Assembly (NCBI RefSeq): GCF_006345805.1
Contig: NC_043009.1
Coordinates: 58,776,001-58,840,000, forward strand
Source: Octopus sinensis
Lineage: Eukaryota
Length of the DNA stretch: 64,000 nucleotides
Direction of reading: 5' to 3'
In this document: piece after piece, positions 39,425 to 53,080 of the stretch
Position numbering within the stretch: the stretch's first letter is position 1
Layout: each line of letters starts with the position of its first letter
Translations under genes and position numbers: made by a program
Notes under the pieces: generated by a model
What the model was told of the DNA's origin: nothing
What the model saw: only the letters and a program-made list of their open reading frames with translations
Databases searched by the model: none

Positions 39425-40624
39425 CTACTGGCCTGTAATAAAATGCACCATCCAAAGGCAGATGTAGATCGTCTTTACCTTCCCAGAGCTCAGGGAGGTC
39501 GAGGCTTGATCCAGCTTGAACTTACGTACAAGACCAACACAATTGGACTGGACAAATACCTTGAAACAATCAACGATTGGATGCTAAAACTTGTTGAAAA
39601 ACGGAGCAAAAATTCACAACTGATCTCTTAGATACCTACCAGATTGATCAGGTTGAAAGAAATGCGCCAAGTGCTACTGCAAAGAAAATAAAATTAATTG
39701 CAAAGTCAAAAGCACATAAAATATTAGCTAGCTGATGGGAACAGAAACCTGTGCATGGCAAGTATGTGGCCCGTAGCAAACAACCTGATGTCGACCAGAA
39801 ACACACGTTACGAAGCTGAGGGCTAAAAGCAGAGATTGAAGGTTTCATATTAGCTGCTGAAGACCAAAGCTTATTAACCCGGAACTACCAAGCCAATGTG
39901 ATACAAAAAATGGAGCTGATCCAAAATACCGCTCAGGGTGTAGAGTCTTAGCACCTATAGAAGATAAAGCAAGACGGCCAATATTTACACTGGACAATAT
40001 GTTGGCGTTATAAAATCAAAACCGCTGACAAATGGTATAAACACGATCCTGAAGCTGTGACTGAGGGAGAAAATGTGTTGATTCTCTGGGACTTCCCCGT
40101 ACATAGCGACAAAACTATAAAATCTAATATACTGAATATTATTATGAAAGATCAGGCAAAAAAGTTGTGTTTATTAATTGACATGGGTATTCCTTGCGAT
40201 CACAATATAGCTGCGAAAGAATTTGACAAGATTAGTAAATATAAAAGACTTGCTAATAGAAATTGAAAAAAATGTGGCATCTCAAAGGGACTACAGTACC
40301 AGTGATTGTAGGATCTCTAGGAATGATTAAAAAAGGTACTGAAACCTAATTGAAAATGTACCAGGCTTACCATCCCTACAAGAGGTGCAAAAAGTCGTGT
40401 TAACTGGAACGGCTCATGTACTGAGAAGAGCATTATCGCTGTGAAAATAACATCCATCCATGAATTTATTTATTTATTAATTCTTAAATACATATTTTAT
40501 CTGTGAATTTGCGTGTGTAATCTGGGAATGCATACAATGAGCTTCTCTATCGTAGGTGTAGGGAAAACACTCAGCGAGAAATGGAAGAAAATTTGAAGAA
40601 AGAAGAAAAAAAACAACAACAACA

Positions 40625-40675
<51 letters not shown>

Positions 40676-40695
40676 TTAATAATAATAATAATAAT
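39425..40695 (+). mobile_element. R4/Dong-like (RLE-type) LINE 3' fragment, frameshifted
   Basis: HPKADVDRLYLPRAQGGRGL; EGENVLILWDFPVHSDKTIK...LLIDMGIP...KISKY; GTAHVLRRALSL* at about 40443; (AAC/AAT)n tail to about 40695. The CCHC knuckle appears partly deleted. Confidence 0.8.
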
Positions 40696-40696
40696 G

Positions 40697-41251
40697 TTTT
40701 TAAATCAGTGGTTTTCTGATTGCAGCCCTCCCATGAAATCCGGCTTTGTGCAGTTTTTCTGGAAAAGTTTTTGTCGAAACTGGGCTCTCGCGGTGGTCAT
40801 TAAGCTCTGCAATAATTTTAGGAGCTGTACTTTTGTGATCCTTTCTAACAATTCGCGTAAGAGTCCGACGCTACCTATCTGTAAGTTTTGGTTTTCTTCC
40901 GGAGTTTGTTACGAAGAGGGGTTTTTTCCCTCTTTCTCGAAGGCTGACATTACTTTTGAGACAGTACGTCTTGATACACCAAATATTTCGACTGTTTACG
41001 CTAGTGTCTGCCACACGAGCACCAACAATTTCACCTCTTTGAAAGTCCGGCAGATCTGTCATTTTAATGAATTTTAATTACCTTTTTCTGGTGATATCTG
41101 AAAAGAAACAACAATTTTAGCAAAACATATTAAGCAACGCTAATAATAAATAAAAGAACATAAAAATAAACAAGCTTTTGACGGTTTTAGAGATATTCAT
41201 AAAGTATGATGCTATGATGTTAGGTGTTTCCATTATTTTGTCCAACCACTG
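40697..41251 (-). mobile_element. Tc1-family transposon 5' fragment
   Basis: TA|cagtggttggacaaaataatggaaacacc terminal repeat ending at 41251. N-terminal HTH remnant MTDLPDFQRGEIVGAR...SGRKPKLTDR...GRAAIRKPLI. Confidence 0.85.
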
Positions 41252-42921
41252 TAAATGTGTGTTTATGTCTGTCTGCCTATCTGTGTGTGTTTGGATTTCT
41301 GAATGTGTGCGCTTTCGTATTTTTGTTTGTCTCCCGCTGTTTGACATTTAGTATTAATTTGTTTTTGACCCTAAATTTAAAATAAATACTGAAGTGGATT
41401 TTGTTGGCTAAATCCTTTTGGGAGATGCCCCAGTATGGCCGTATACCAATATCTGAAACAGGTTTAAAAAAAAAGAAATAAAACAAGAAAACTCATTAGT
41501 AGTTATTTCGTGTTCGTGGTTCCTTATTTATTCGAAAGACAGAACACGCACCCACACACACACGTACGTACATATTATAGATATATACGTACGTACTAAC
41601 ATGTGTGTTTGTGTATGTGTACATTTATAATCTCCATATTTCATTCTGCTCATCCTTCGTTTTCCATTTTAGATCCGATAGTGTCGATTTTTTTCTAAGA
41701 ATATCCATTGATTCTCTGAAATGATCTATTACCTTTCAAACCGTCACATATCAGCGTGTTAGTTCGGAGGATTTTGGTACGTGAGTTAGTTACAAAATTC
41801 AATGGTACCATTTTTGGTATTTTATTTTTATTTTTGAAAAATAACATTTGACAAGCAGTCTTCCATAATTTCTTCTCATAGAATAAAGCATCGTAGAATA
41901 TCAAATTTGTTAAGTAGAATGTGATGCCTTTTTAATACTTTCCTTCTGTCACAACCTTTCAATTCAAATGCTGCGAACTTTCTGCTGTTCTTGCTTGTCT
42001 CAAAATCCGGTCTAATAATATAGAATCGTGTGATGTCTTTCCTACTTCATTAAAATAACTTAATGGATACCGCGATGCTTTTAATGTTCAAATGAATCTC
42101 TGGACTGCTCAGAATTCATTCAGTGATTTCACTCCTAATGATTCATTCATTTTGTTCTAAATTTACAAACTATTTATCTTTCCTTTCCTTTCATTTCATT
42201 TATCATCGTATTAATAATCTATCTACATTCATTTACCAAATTCTCCGTCTTTGCTTATTTTGTTATCTTCCGCTTCGTCACCTTCTGAACTATTGTCTGT
42301 TCACCTCAGCTAACGGCGTAATCCAATTGCAAACCGTATGCCTTAACAACTGGAATATTAAGGAAGAACTTACTAAATTGTTTCACACAAGTTGTAGCTT
42401 ATGTATTATTTGCTGTGCACACAATTTTATTGATTTGATGGAGGTAACGAAAGAATTGCGGGAGTGGTTGTTCAATGTATTAGAAAGAGCAGGTAAATCA
42501 TCTTTAAATCACACAGTAGCGTCTTAGAAAGGTAGGCCACATCCAGATTAGATGAGGAGATCCTACCTGCATTCAACCTAGAGAGGATAAAAAATATTCA
42601 TGGTTGAATTGTCCTTGCACATAACTGACGTCATTAAAAGGCTGACCGAAAGCTTGGCATCCACGATAAACTGGAGTGATTTAGAAAATGTGGCCCTAGA
42701 TACACTGTACCTGACAAAATATTGAGATATTTCGAGCTAAAATATATTTGCTAGGAGTTCCTTTTGATTAGGGTTAATCAACAACAAGATTGAATGAATA
42801 AAAAAATCGCTGTCTTGAGGACAAACTCTAAAGTTAGTTTTCTTCATCGTTTTCTGACTACAAGACACTAAGAATCTCATAGACATTATTTTCATCTACA
42901 GAATAAGCCGTATGAGCGTGT

Positions 42922-42982
<61 letters not shown>

Positions 42983-43073
42983 TACACACACACACATATA
43001 TATTTATATATATGCTTGTATGTATGCATATATATATGCGTGTATGTATGTGTATATATATATGCTTGTATGT

Positions 43074-43126
<53 letters not shown>

Positions 43127-43154
43127 TGTATGTATGTATGTCACTCTCTCTCTG

Positions 43155-43187
<33 letters not shown>

Positions 43188-43584
43188 TATTATCTCTAAA
43201 TGAATATATATATATATATATGTATATATATATGCATGTATGTATACATACGTATATGTATATATACCTATAGATATATATATACGTATATATACGTTGC
43301 AGCCGGTTTTTAAAACTGAGCGGTTGTAAACGCTATTTGGCATTTTTCTTCTTTTTTCTTCTCTATGTCTCTGCTAGCTGACGAATGATTGAGTCCGAAA
43401 CGTTGGATATTCTACTCCTCACTGTACTCCTTTTACTTTTTTCTATATTTTATCAAGTCTTGCCGACGCAAAACTACTAGATTATTTCCTGATTATATAT
43501 ACATTTCAAAATGTAACCACATGTGGATCGTTGCCAATTTTTTCCGTCCGTCTTCCTTTTTTCTTGAACTGTCCTCCGTCACCT

Positions 43585-43619
43585 GTTTCTGACGAAGAGC
43601 TTTGCTCGAAACGTAAAAC
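43585..43619 (+). ncRNA. Minimal type I hammerhead ribozyme (Penelope-type)
   Basis: gttt CTGACGA a gagc-ttt-gctc GAAA cg TA aaac, with palindromic ACGT stem III. Confidence 0.75.
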
Positions 43620-43723
43620 TACCTTTCTTTCCTTCCCTGAGCCTCTGCTAATACTTTTCATGTACCACGTACTCGCGTTGTTGTTTTTTCTTGTATAGTT
43701 TGTTCTTCGTTTGTTTTAGATTT

Positions 43724-43756
<33 letters not shown>

Positions 43757-43776
43757 ATGTATGTACATATGTATAT

Positions 43777-43847
<71 letters not shown>

Positions 43848-43933
43848 ATAATTCACGAAAAAACAAAAGAAGAAAACAGGTGGTGTAGAAAACAAACAGA
43901 TGTATTAGTATAACGCCCAGGAATTGAAAATGT

Positions 43934-43969
43934 CTTTTACGCTTCGGGCCTACTCTCTTCCACAGAAAG
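43934..43969 (-). ncRNA. Decayed minimal hammerhead motif
   Basis: Reverse complement: cttt ctgtgga a gaga-gtag-gccc gaag cg ta aaag. Stem I is intact; core and stem II are mutated. Confidence 0.4.
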
Positions 43970-45414
43970 GAACACAGAAAGAAACAAGGAGAGAAATAAA
44001 TATGTGTAGTGGCTACCGATCTATCTGTGTGTGTGTGTGTGGTGTGTGTGTGTGTGGTGTATGTATGTGTGTGTGTATGTATCTTTGTGTCCATCTTTGT
44101 GCCATATCACCGCCTGACAACAGATGCTGGTGTGAGTTTACGACGACTGTAACTGAGCGGTTCCGCAAAAAAGAAAAAGATAGAACAGTTCATGTGTTTA
44201 AATATTCTTCAACATGGTGCCCAAGCATGGCCGCAGTTTAACGACAGAAAAAAGCGATAGAGATAAAAGAAATATACGTAAACTTAAAGAGAACCTATCT
44301 CTCGTGTATACGAAACTCGTTCTGCTTTTGCGGAAGAGGCCAGCAATAGCTCTTAAGATTACAGTCAAATATGTAAACTTGTAATGTTTTGATGAGATGG
44401 TCATGATGGATTGTCTCAAAAAATCATGTTGTCTTAATATCGTCGAACATGTTAGCTTCTTCCGATTTTAATATTCAATATTTTCTTTTTCTGAAGATAG
44501 TAGTGGCGGTGGCGGTAATGGTGATGGGGATGGTGGCGTAAGGTTGCCGGAGATATCTTTCACTATCATTTTATTAATAAAGAGTTGATCAATTGTTCAT
44601 CTCTCATGGGTTTTGCTAAATATATTCTTTCTGTTCTACAAGGATTATATCAGATTGGTATAGCAAAATATAACCAAAGGAGAAAACATAGAGAATAAAG
44701 AAAGAGATGATGAGAGAGATAGAGAGAGAGAGGTGGAGTGAGAGAGACAAAGAAAGAAAAAGAGGGTGTGAGTAGTATGAGATATATAGAGAGATACAAA
44801 GACTGAGGTCTAGAGAGAGTCAGAGAGAAAGAGAAACAGTGGGCGATAAAGAGGGAAATAGTAAAAGACACAGAGAGAAAAAGAGATTGAGTGAGATGGA
44901 GATAGAAACAGAGGGTAATAAAGAGAGACAGAGAGACATTGAAAGGGTGAGTTAGTGGGAGGGAATGTGTGAGAGAATGAAGGAATATGAGAGAGAGAGA
45001 GAGAAAAAAAAAACAGAGATAATATATATATAGAGAGAGAGATATTGAAAGGGTGCGAAAGAGAGAGGGAATGTGTGGGAGAATGAGGGAAAGTGTGAGT
45101 GGGGTTGAATTAGAAATGGTGAACCAGATTGGAAAATACTTAAGAGACATAGCACAATATAAGGAAAGGAGAAAGAGAAATAGAAAAGAAGTGAGAAGAA
45201 AGTGAGATTCAATAAAGGAGAGAAAGCGAGTGAGCGAGAGGAGAGAGAGAGAGAGAGAGAGAAGGAAAGAGGTGAGGGAAACGACAGTGAAAAAAGGGTT
45301 GAGCGATAAACGAATATTTTGCAAGAACAGCAAAAGATATTTTCGAAAAGAGAGAGGAAAATGGAATGATTTATAGATACAAGGCATAAATTAATACTTT
45401 CTACTATAGGCACT

Positions 45415-45770
45415 AGATCTGGAATATATGTGGAGGGGACTAGTCGATTGCATCGACCCCAATGTTTCACTGGTACTTAATTTATCGACGTCGAAAGGAT
45501 AAAAGGCAAAGTTGACCTCGGGGGAATTTGAACACGGAATATAGCGATGGTCAAAATACCTATTTCTTTACTGCCCACAAGGGGCTAAACACAGAGAGGA
45601 CAAACAAGGACAGACAAAAGGATTAAGTCGATTACATCGACTCCAGTGCGTAACTGGTACTTAATTTATCGACCCCGAAAGGATGAAAGGCAAAGTCGAC
45701 CTCGACAGACGAAATGCCGCTAAGAATTTCGCCCGGCGTGGTAACGTTTCTGCCAGCTCGACGCTTTGAT
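45415..45770 (-). mobile_element. SINE family C dimer
   Basis: Two units joined at aaagaaataggtattt near 45559. Confidence 0.8.
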
Positions 45771-45976
45771 ACAGTAGATGAATTAATGACAGAGTGTGTG
45801 AATGAGAGAGAAGGAGAGAGGAAGAGAGAGAGAGAGAGGAAAAGAAAGTGAGAATGGGAGCGAACAGAAAACGATAGACAGACAGATAGCTAGATAGAGA
45901 GAGAGAAAGAGAGAGAAACAAAGAGAGAATAGTTGAGGGTAAGATACGATGGATAAATAGACATAGAAGCATATAC

Positions 45977-46016
<40 letters not shown>

Positions 46017-46084
46017 TGTGTGGTGTGTGTAGTATTTTGCGTTTGGAATGAGTTCTCATCGCTAGCTGGTTATTTTCACAAAGT

Positions 46085-46270
46085 CTTAGTAGGTTACTTA
46101 CCAGAAACCCGGGTCTGCAGATGGAAGTGATGACCTCCCCTCGCAAATATCAATCAGACATAGACAGTGTGTCGATAACCAACTGGAGGACATGTACTCC
46201 TGGGGCTATAAAGAACAGTAGTATCGTTCTGTAAGGGACCGTCACATTTAGTTGGCAAATATACTTCATG
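46085..46270 (+). mobile_element. Diverged copy of the hammerhead-bearing element at 29.5 kb
   Basis: Shares gatgac..cccct..caaata, gtgtgtc.ata.ccaactggagga, cctggggcta.aaa..acagtag and ggcaaatat. It retains GAAA-cccggg-TC. Confidence 0.75.
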
Positions 46271-46293
46271 TTATATATATGTAAATATATACA

Positions 46294-46358
46294 ATGGCGG
46301 TGCCCCAGCATGGCCACAGCTCATTAGCTGAAACTGGAAAATCAAAATCAAAATCAAA
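46294..46358 (+). mobile_element. CR1 LINE 3'-tail-only stub
   Basis: atggcggtgccccagcatggccacagctcattagctgaaactgg followed by (aaaatc)3. Confidence 0.75.
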
Positions 46359-47120
46359 TAAGTATAAATGTGTGTGTGTGTGTGTGTGTGTATTGATAGA
46401 TAGTATAGACAGACTAATTGACTGATTGACAGAGAGAAAGAGAGAGAAAAAGAGAAAAGTGGAGAGCGCAATGAAGCAGCGATAGAAACAGACCTAAAGA
46501 GAGGGAAAGAGGGGAAGAACAAAACAAAAAAATATTAAGAAAGTCAAGTATATAAGGAATGAGAAGAATTTATAGCGAGAAGTGTGAGAATAAGAATGAT
46601 TTCTTATACAGATATATGGTTTCAAATTTGGAGAATGAAGACAATTATATTGATTCTATGTAATGGTGCGACCAAAACCTCAGATCACGGTTTTTTTCAA
46701 ATTTTCAATGATTTCGAATGTGCATAGCATGAGCATACGATAAAAATAATGGGCATACCCTGTGACAAAACGATACAAGAGAGAAAAATGGCTACGTGAA
46801 AACACTATTCATCAGTGTGTGAACAAGCAAATAAAATATGGTGAGATTTTTCAGCCTCAAACCGAAATTGATCGATCATTTGTATTCTCCAACCGGAAAA
46901 GGTAGAAAAGGAAGTTGGTTTCAACAGGATTTGAACACAGAAGTTAAAGACTTCGGAGAAATATCATAATGCACTTTCCACGTGGTTCTAGCGATTAACA
47001 CAAACTCCTTCAAGATATGTGTGTATATAGTGAGAGACAGAGGCAGAGTGAAATAGAGACAAAAATACACACATACACACACCTATATATGTGTGTCACT
47101 GCATATTTATGTGGTTGTAT

Positions 47121-50020
47121 ATCCTTAAATCCTTAAATCCTTAAAAATGTTTTAGCCCGAAGGCCGCGGCCATGCTGGGGCACCACCGCTGAATGAGCCA
47201 CACTAGTTTGTGAATCCACCTCTGATACGTGGCACTTGATCAACAAGGGAGTTCGATGCTGCTGCCCGCATCCGTGTCTCCTGTCGTGAGGTAGGTTCAT
47301 CTGGGACTCCCAACAAGAAGAGATCCAGTTTAGTTTTAAAGAAACCCACATCCACACCATGTAAGTCTCTCAGGCATTTAGGGAGGATGTTGAAAAGCTG
47401 TGGTCCTCTGAAACCCAAGCTGTTGCAGTATCTGGACCTGTATTTTGATGGTGATGTTGGAATCCTTGGCACCACGCAGCGGCGCCCCGTTCTGCGGTTG
47501 GAGTAACTTTGAATGCCAAAGTTTGGGATAAGACCCTCCAGGATTTTCCAGATGTATATTACTGCATATCTCTCCCGCCTCCGCTCCAGGGAGAAGAGGT
47601 TTAATACCTTCAGTCTTTCCCAGTAGCTGACATTTTGCATTGAGACGATTTTCTTTGTGTAGCTTCTCTGAGTTGCTTCGAGTTCTGCTGTTTGTTTTAT
47701 ATTGTGTGGTGACCAAAGTTGGGAGCAGTAGTCCAAGCGGCTGAGGACAAATGTTTTCCATAGGACCATCAGTGTCTCCTTCTCTCTTGTTCTGAAAGTT
47801 CGGAGAATCCATCCAGCTAGCCGTCTGCATTTTATCACCAGATTAGCAATATGCATCTGGAAAGATGCATCATTGCTCATGTCAATGCCCAGGTCACGCA
47901 CTGATTTTGACTCAGGGATTGCATTCTTCCTGGGCCAGTGTATCCAGTCTTCACGTCATTTACCTTTGTGTGCCAGTAGCGCAGGGCTGGAACTTACCTG
48001 CATTAAACTGCATGTTGTTGTCCTCAGCCCACCTGTATATTGTGTCCAGCTCATGTTGCAGATGCGCAATATTTTCAGGGTTCTGTATTGCATGGGAGAC
48101 CTTTGTGTCATCTGCATAGCTAGCAAGGGTGGTCATCGTAGCAACTGAAGGCATGTCTGAAAGGGCCACTATGAACATCAGTGGCCCCAAGACAGTGCCC
48201 TGTGGGACACCGCTTGTTATTTGCGTTTCCCTGGAGGTGGCTCCATTGCTCACAACTGCCTGTTTTCTGTCTTTTAGGAAGTTGTGCAGCCACTCTCCAA
48301 GTTTCCCGCCTATGCCGAGACCACGCAGTTTGTGACAGATCATACCATGGTCGACTTTATCAAAGGCTTTTGCAAAGTCAAGATATATTACATCCACATT
48401 TGAGCCATTTAGTAGCTGTTTCAACACCCAGTCATAGTGTTGCAGGAGCTGTGTTAGGCAGCCTCTACCTGGTCGAAATCCATGCTGGGTGTCAGACAGT
48501 AAGTCATTTTCTTCAAGGAACATGATTAGTTTCTTACGGACTATTCGTTCCATGACTTTGCTGATGTGTGAGGTCAGAGAGATAGGCCTATAATTTTTAG
48601 CATCTGCTCTGCTACCTCCCTTATGGATAGGGCATATTACCCCCTCTTTCAGTTTGACTGGGAGCTTACCACTTGCAAGAAAGCTCTGAAAAAGAAGCTG
48701 TAGCGGTTTTGCAAGGGCTCGTTTGCACGATTTGAGAAGGATCGCTGGGAATCCATCAGGTCCAGCAGCTGAGTTTGTGTCAATCTCATCAATGGCTAGT
48801 GTGATATCATCTTCTTCGATGTTGATGTACTCAATTTTTGTCTCTTTGGCCGCTGGTAAAGTGGCAAAGAATTCTTCTGGGTTGTTTACTTGCCTGTGTC
48901 CTAGAGGTGTAGTGAACACACTTTGGAACTGTTCGTTCAGTATTTCACTTATCCTCGTGGGATTTCCTGTGAGAGAGCCATCTTTTTGGAAGAGAGGTCC
49001 TATTCTCTGGTGCACTGTGGCTGTCTCTTTGGCAAACTTAAAGAAAGCTTTAGGGTTTGATTTTATATTTTCTATTACCCAAGCTTCTTTATCTGCTCTC
49101 TCCTTTTCATGGGACTGATGTAGACTTTTCTCAGTTTCCATTAGCATTCTTTCGAGCCGAGACTTCTCACCACTTTTGGTGTGCTTGCTCAGGCGGTTTG
49201 CAATCCTTGTCCGTCGTCTCATAAGAATCCTCCTTTCTCTAGGGATCCTGTTTTTATTCTTGTGTGTGCTGGCCCTGCACATTGGGACATATTTGTCACA
49301 TATGGCTTGTATTATGGACATGAAGTGTTTGTGTTTCATGTTTATGTCCGGTGTGGAGAGACATTCAGGCCAATCCTGTTTGAGGATCTCTTTCTCAATC
49401 GACTTCCAGTTGGCTTTATGAAAGTTTAAGTTGGAGAGATGGTGGGTGCTTCGTATAGGCTGTGTGTCTGCGGGGGCTTTTGTTCCATACATAGACAGCT
49501 CTATTATGTTGTGATCCGAGATCATTGTCGGCATCACATAAACATTATGGATAATATCCATATTGTTTGTAAAGCAGAGATCCAGTATATTATCTGCCCT
49601 TGTTGGTTGCAGAACTATTTGCTCCATGAAAGAGGTATTTGTGAGATGGAGCAGGGACTCCACCTGTGCCTGCTGATGGTGTGTCATTCCTGGAGCATCT
49701 GCCCCCAGGCCATTCCACATTGGGGAGGTTAAAGTCTCCCATGAAGAATACACTGTTGTGCTGTTCAAGGTTGGTGAGGACTTCTCCTATTTTTGTTAGG
49801 CAGTCTTCAAACATGCCTGAGTGTTTTGGGGCGTCTGGTGGGCGATATGTAGTGCATATGACGATATTCAGTTGTCTTATGTGTACAATTTGAGTTTCAC
49901 ATACTGAGTTTGAATATGACAGCAGGACCTGGGGCGTGAGGTCATCTCGGATGTACATTGCAACTCCACCATGGCTCCTCCCTTTTCTATCTGTGCGTAT
50001 GACTGCATATTGCGGCATGT
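47121..50020 (-). mobile_element. CR1-clade LINE, 5'-truncated ORF2 (APE endonuclease + reverse transcriptase), two frameshifts
   Basis: APE motifs YRPP, GDFN and ILDL; RT motifs YRPISLTS, YLDFAKAFD, GVPQGTVLGP and YADD; C-terminal LDYCSQLWSP and LERRRER. ORFs 49590-50018, 47960-49768 and 47203-47901. 82-bp 3' UTR ending in (TTTAAGGA)3. Confidence 0.95.
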
Positions 50021-50035
50021 GTATTTATATATATG

Positions 50036-50068
<33 letters not shown>

Positions 50069-50429
50069 GTACACACATATATATATAGATAGATGTATAC
50101 ATTCAATCATATATACACATATATGTATATATAAATATGTGTGTGTATACATATATATGTGTGCGTGTGTATATATATCTGTACGTATACAAAGATATAA
50201 TCAGTCATATGTATACGACTGATTATATGCATATATTTATGAATATTTATATGTATATATATATATAGGTACATATATACATCAACGTATATATTTATAT
50301 GTACATATATATATGTACGTATGTATGTGTATGTATGTATGTATGTATGTATGTATGTATGCGTGAGTGCGCGCGTGTGTGTGTCTGTGTGTGTGAGTGT
50401 GTGTGTTTGCGTACACGTATGTATGTCTA

Positions 50430-50850
50430 TATTTCGCCCGGGCTGTGTGATCGCCAATGGTGTTAATGTGTTTGAGTTGAAGCACACACTAAACGCACAA
50501 CTGATACAATCGAGCTGCACGACATATGGAAGCTATAGAACCAGTTGCAGAAAAGGGTTCAAAGCAGACCCTAATATACAAAGTCTGTGATCGTGTGCGT
50601 CTTTCAAAAGCGAAATTAATTAGCCATGAGCGACGTCATATTACTCAGAATGTTGAACAACGTAGAATATCCGGTTGATTTTGCATGCGGCTTGTGCAAC
50701 AAACTGTGTTGTTCTGCGGAAGGGTTAAAAGCCGATTTCAAAGAATGCCACCTGAATGAACAAATTCCTGCAGATAAGCAGAAATGTTGCAAATAAAACA
50801 AGGGTTGGAAATCACTTTCTCTCGGCTGCATTAGTGACAAGTAAACTTGT
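50430..50850 (+). mobile_element. RTE-like LINE C-terminal fragment with C2H2-like remnants
   Basis: Remnant peptides NGVNVFELKH, VCDRVRLSKAKLISHERRH and FACGLCNKLCCSAEGLK in broken frames. Confidence 0.5.
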
Positions 50851-52173
50851 CAATATGTGCAGCCAATGTCTAGGAAATGGTATTACTATCTGTGGATGAA
50901 TGTGTTTCTCCGTGTGTGCGTGTGTGTGTGTGTGCATTCATATGTATTCTAAGGTCAGCGACTCACAAATGACTAAAGCCCGGTATTAATATGTACCATG
51001 CCTTCGCTAAAGAATTTGGAAGCCCATGTTATCATGAGTAGCAAATACAGTTACCATTCTCGTTTCACCGATACTTGATCCGTCAGATCATCGAGTATAT
51101 TGAACACGTATGGGGATGAGCATACATCAGTTCCAATCTGGTATTTTATTCATTAACCCCAGAAAGATAATTGAAAGCGAAGTTTTGAATTCAGATCCCA
51201 AGCAGCCGGAAACTGTTCCTTACGCATGACGGTATGGCTATATGTATGTTTAATTGTTTAAGGTCCTCTGTGACACGTCTTCACTGTATCAATGTTTAAC
51301 AGCCGTATCCGATTAGTCCCATTTCAATGCACTGAAACTGCGGTAATTGCTAAATATTCAGAGCTAATGAAGGGATATTTTTTCTTTCATTCAGCCTTAT
51401 ATATATTCTCATATATTGCCTAATTTCTCCTATGTATATATATGTATATTTGTATAAATTAATGTACGGTCACGTGCGAGTACAACTATCCCATACATTA
51501 AAAGGTAGACGGAGTTCACCAGTTGTAATGAAACAATAGAAGGGATCTGACGAGGTCTTGTAAGTGGTTTCTTTCTGCAACATACAGACAGGGCTCGGAT
51601 ATACTGGTGCTGCAAATATGGGGGATATACATTCTATTACTGAAATTGCTGAAACGGCCAGTATGTGGCGGGGTTTAGAACGGGCTGACCAGTTGTCAGC
51701 TACTATTGGGATCCCAACTTGGACTTGATTAATCCCGAGTGAGCGAGAATTTTCCGGTATTGAAACCCCACTGAGATCTGAGAAACATCACTGATAAATA
51801 TACTCCTGAGCATCTGCATGATATATTTTAAAGCCAAAACTATCTTCGCCTCTATGTCTAGAGGTTTGTGTTTCCACAACCCCACCAGTATTGGCTTGGC
51901 TTCGTCTCCGTAACCTAGCATTTTGGAAGAAGACATCGCTAAAATAAGTGTCTCGCTTTAAAAAAAAATACGAACTGGTATCGATTTGGGTGATTAAAAC
52001 TTTCAATACTATGCCTCGGTATGACTGCAGATCAATGACGAAAACAAGTTAAAGATGAAACATGAAAGATACATATTCTCTGTGTTGCGGATTGCGTTCT
52101 CTCGATTTTATCCCAAAGTCACCCCACCTCTCTCCCTCTCTCTCCTTCTCCTCTATCCCTCACTATATACATA

Positions 52174-52238
<65 letters not shown>

Positions 52239-52388
52239 TATAAAGACATGTGTACGTGTGAATACACGTATCTATAAATACATTTATATACATACGTGTA
52301 TGTATATATATATATAAATATATATATATGTATATATGTGTGTGAGTGTCTGTGTGTCTGTGTGTGTAAGGATATATGTGCATGTGAG

Positions 52389-52420
<32 letters not shown>

Positions 52421-52759
52421 TCTATATATACATTTATATGAATATATGTACAGACACATACACAGAGATAGAGGGAGGGAAAGGGTGATACATCAAGTGA
52501 TATATGTGTAGAAAAAGTGTATCGATAGAGGCAGAAATATGGTGGAGAAAGAGAGAGAGAGAGAGAGACAGAGAGAGAGAGAGGCAGAGAGAGGGAAAGA
52601 ATGAGGAATCGTAGTATGGAGCATTGTACGTGATGTATTGAATATTTCCAAGAATCAATCAAGAGATGTAGTTATCGGAATTGCGAGCTATTCAAGTTTC
52701 GATAACTCCACTGAAAGACTCACATCAGAATCATTTGATAGGAGACTGGATGCAGACGT

Positions 52760-52760
52760 A

Positions 52761-52853
<93 letters not shown>

Positions 52854-53025
52854 AATAACCATTATGTGTTTGAGGATGATGATGATGATGATGATGTTAC
52901 TATTAGTCATGTTACAAATAATAATAATAATAATAATAATAATATTAATAATAATAATAATGATAATAATAATAATAATGATAATAATGATAATAATGAT
53001 AATAATAATAATAATGATAATAATG

Positions 53026-53068
<43 letters not shown>

Positions 53069-53080
53069 CAACAATAAATC
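52760..53080. repeat. (AAT/GAT)n tract
   Basis: Direct inspection; source of the poly-N/D ORF 52638-53084. Confidence 0.95.

Noticed and set aside
44640-45400. 245-aa hydrophobic minus-strand ORF
   Set aside because: It is a translation of GA-rich low-complexity DNA.
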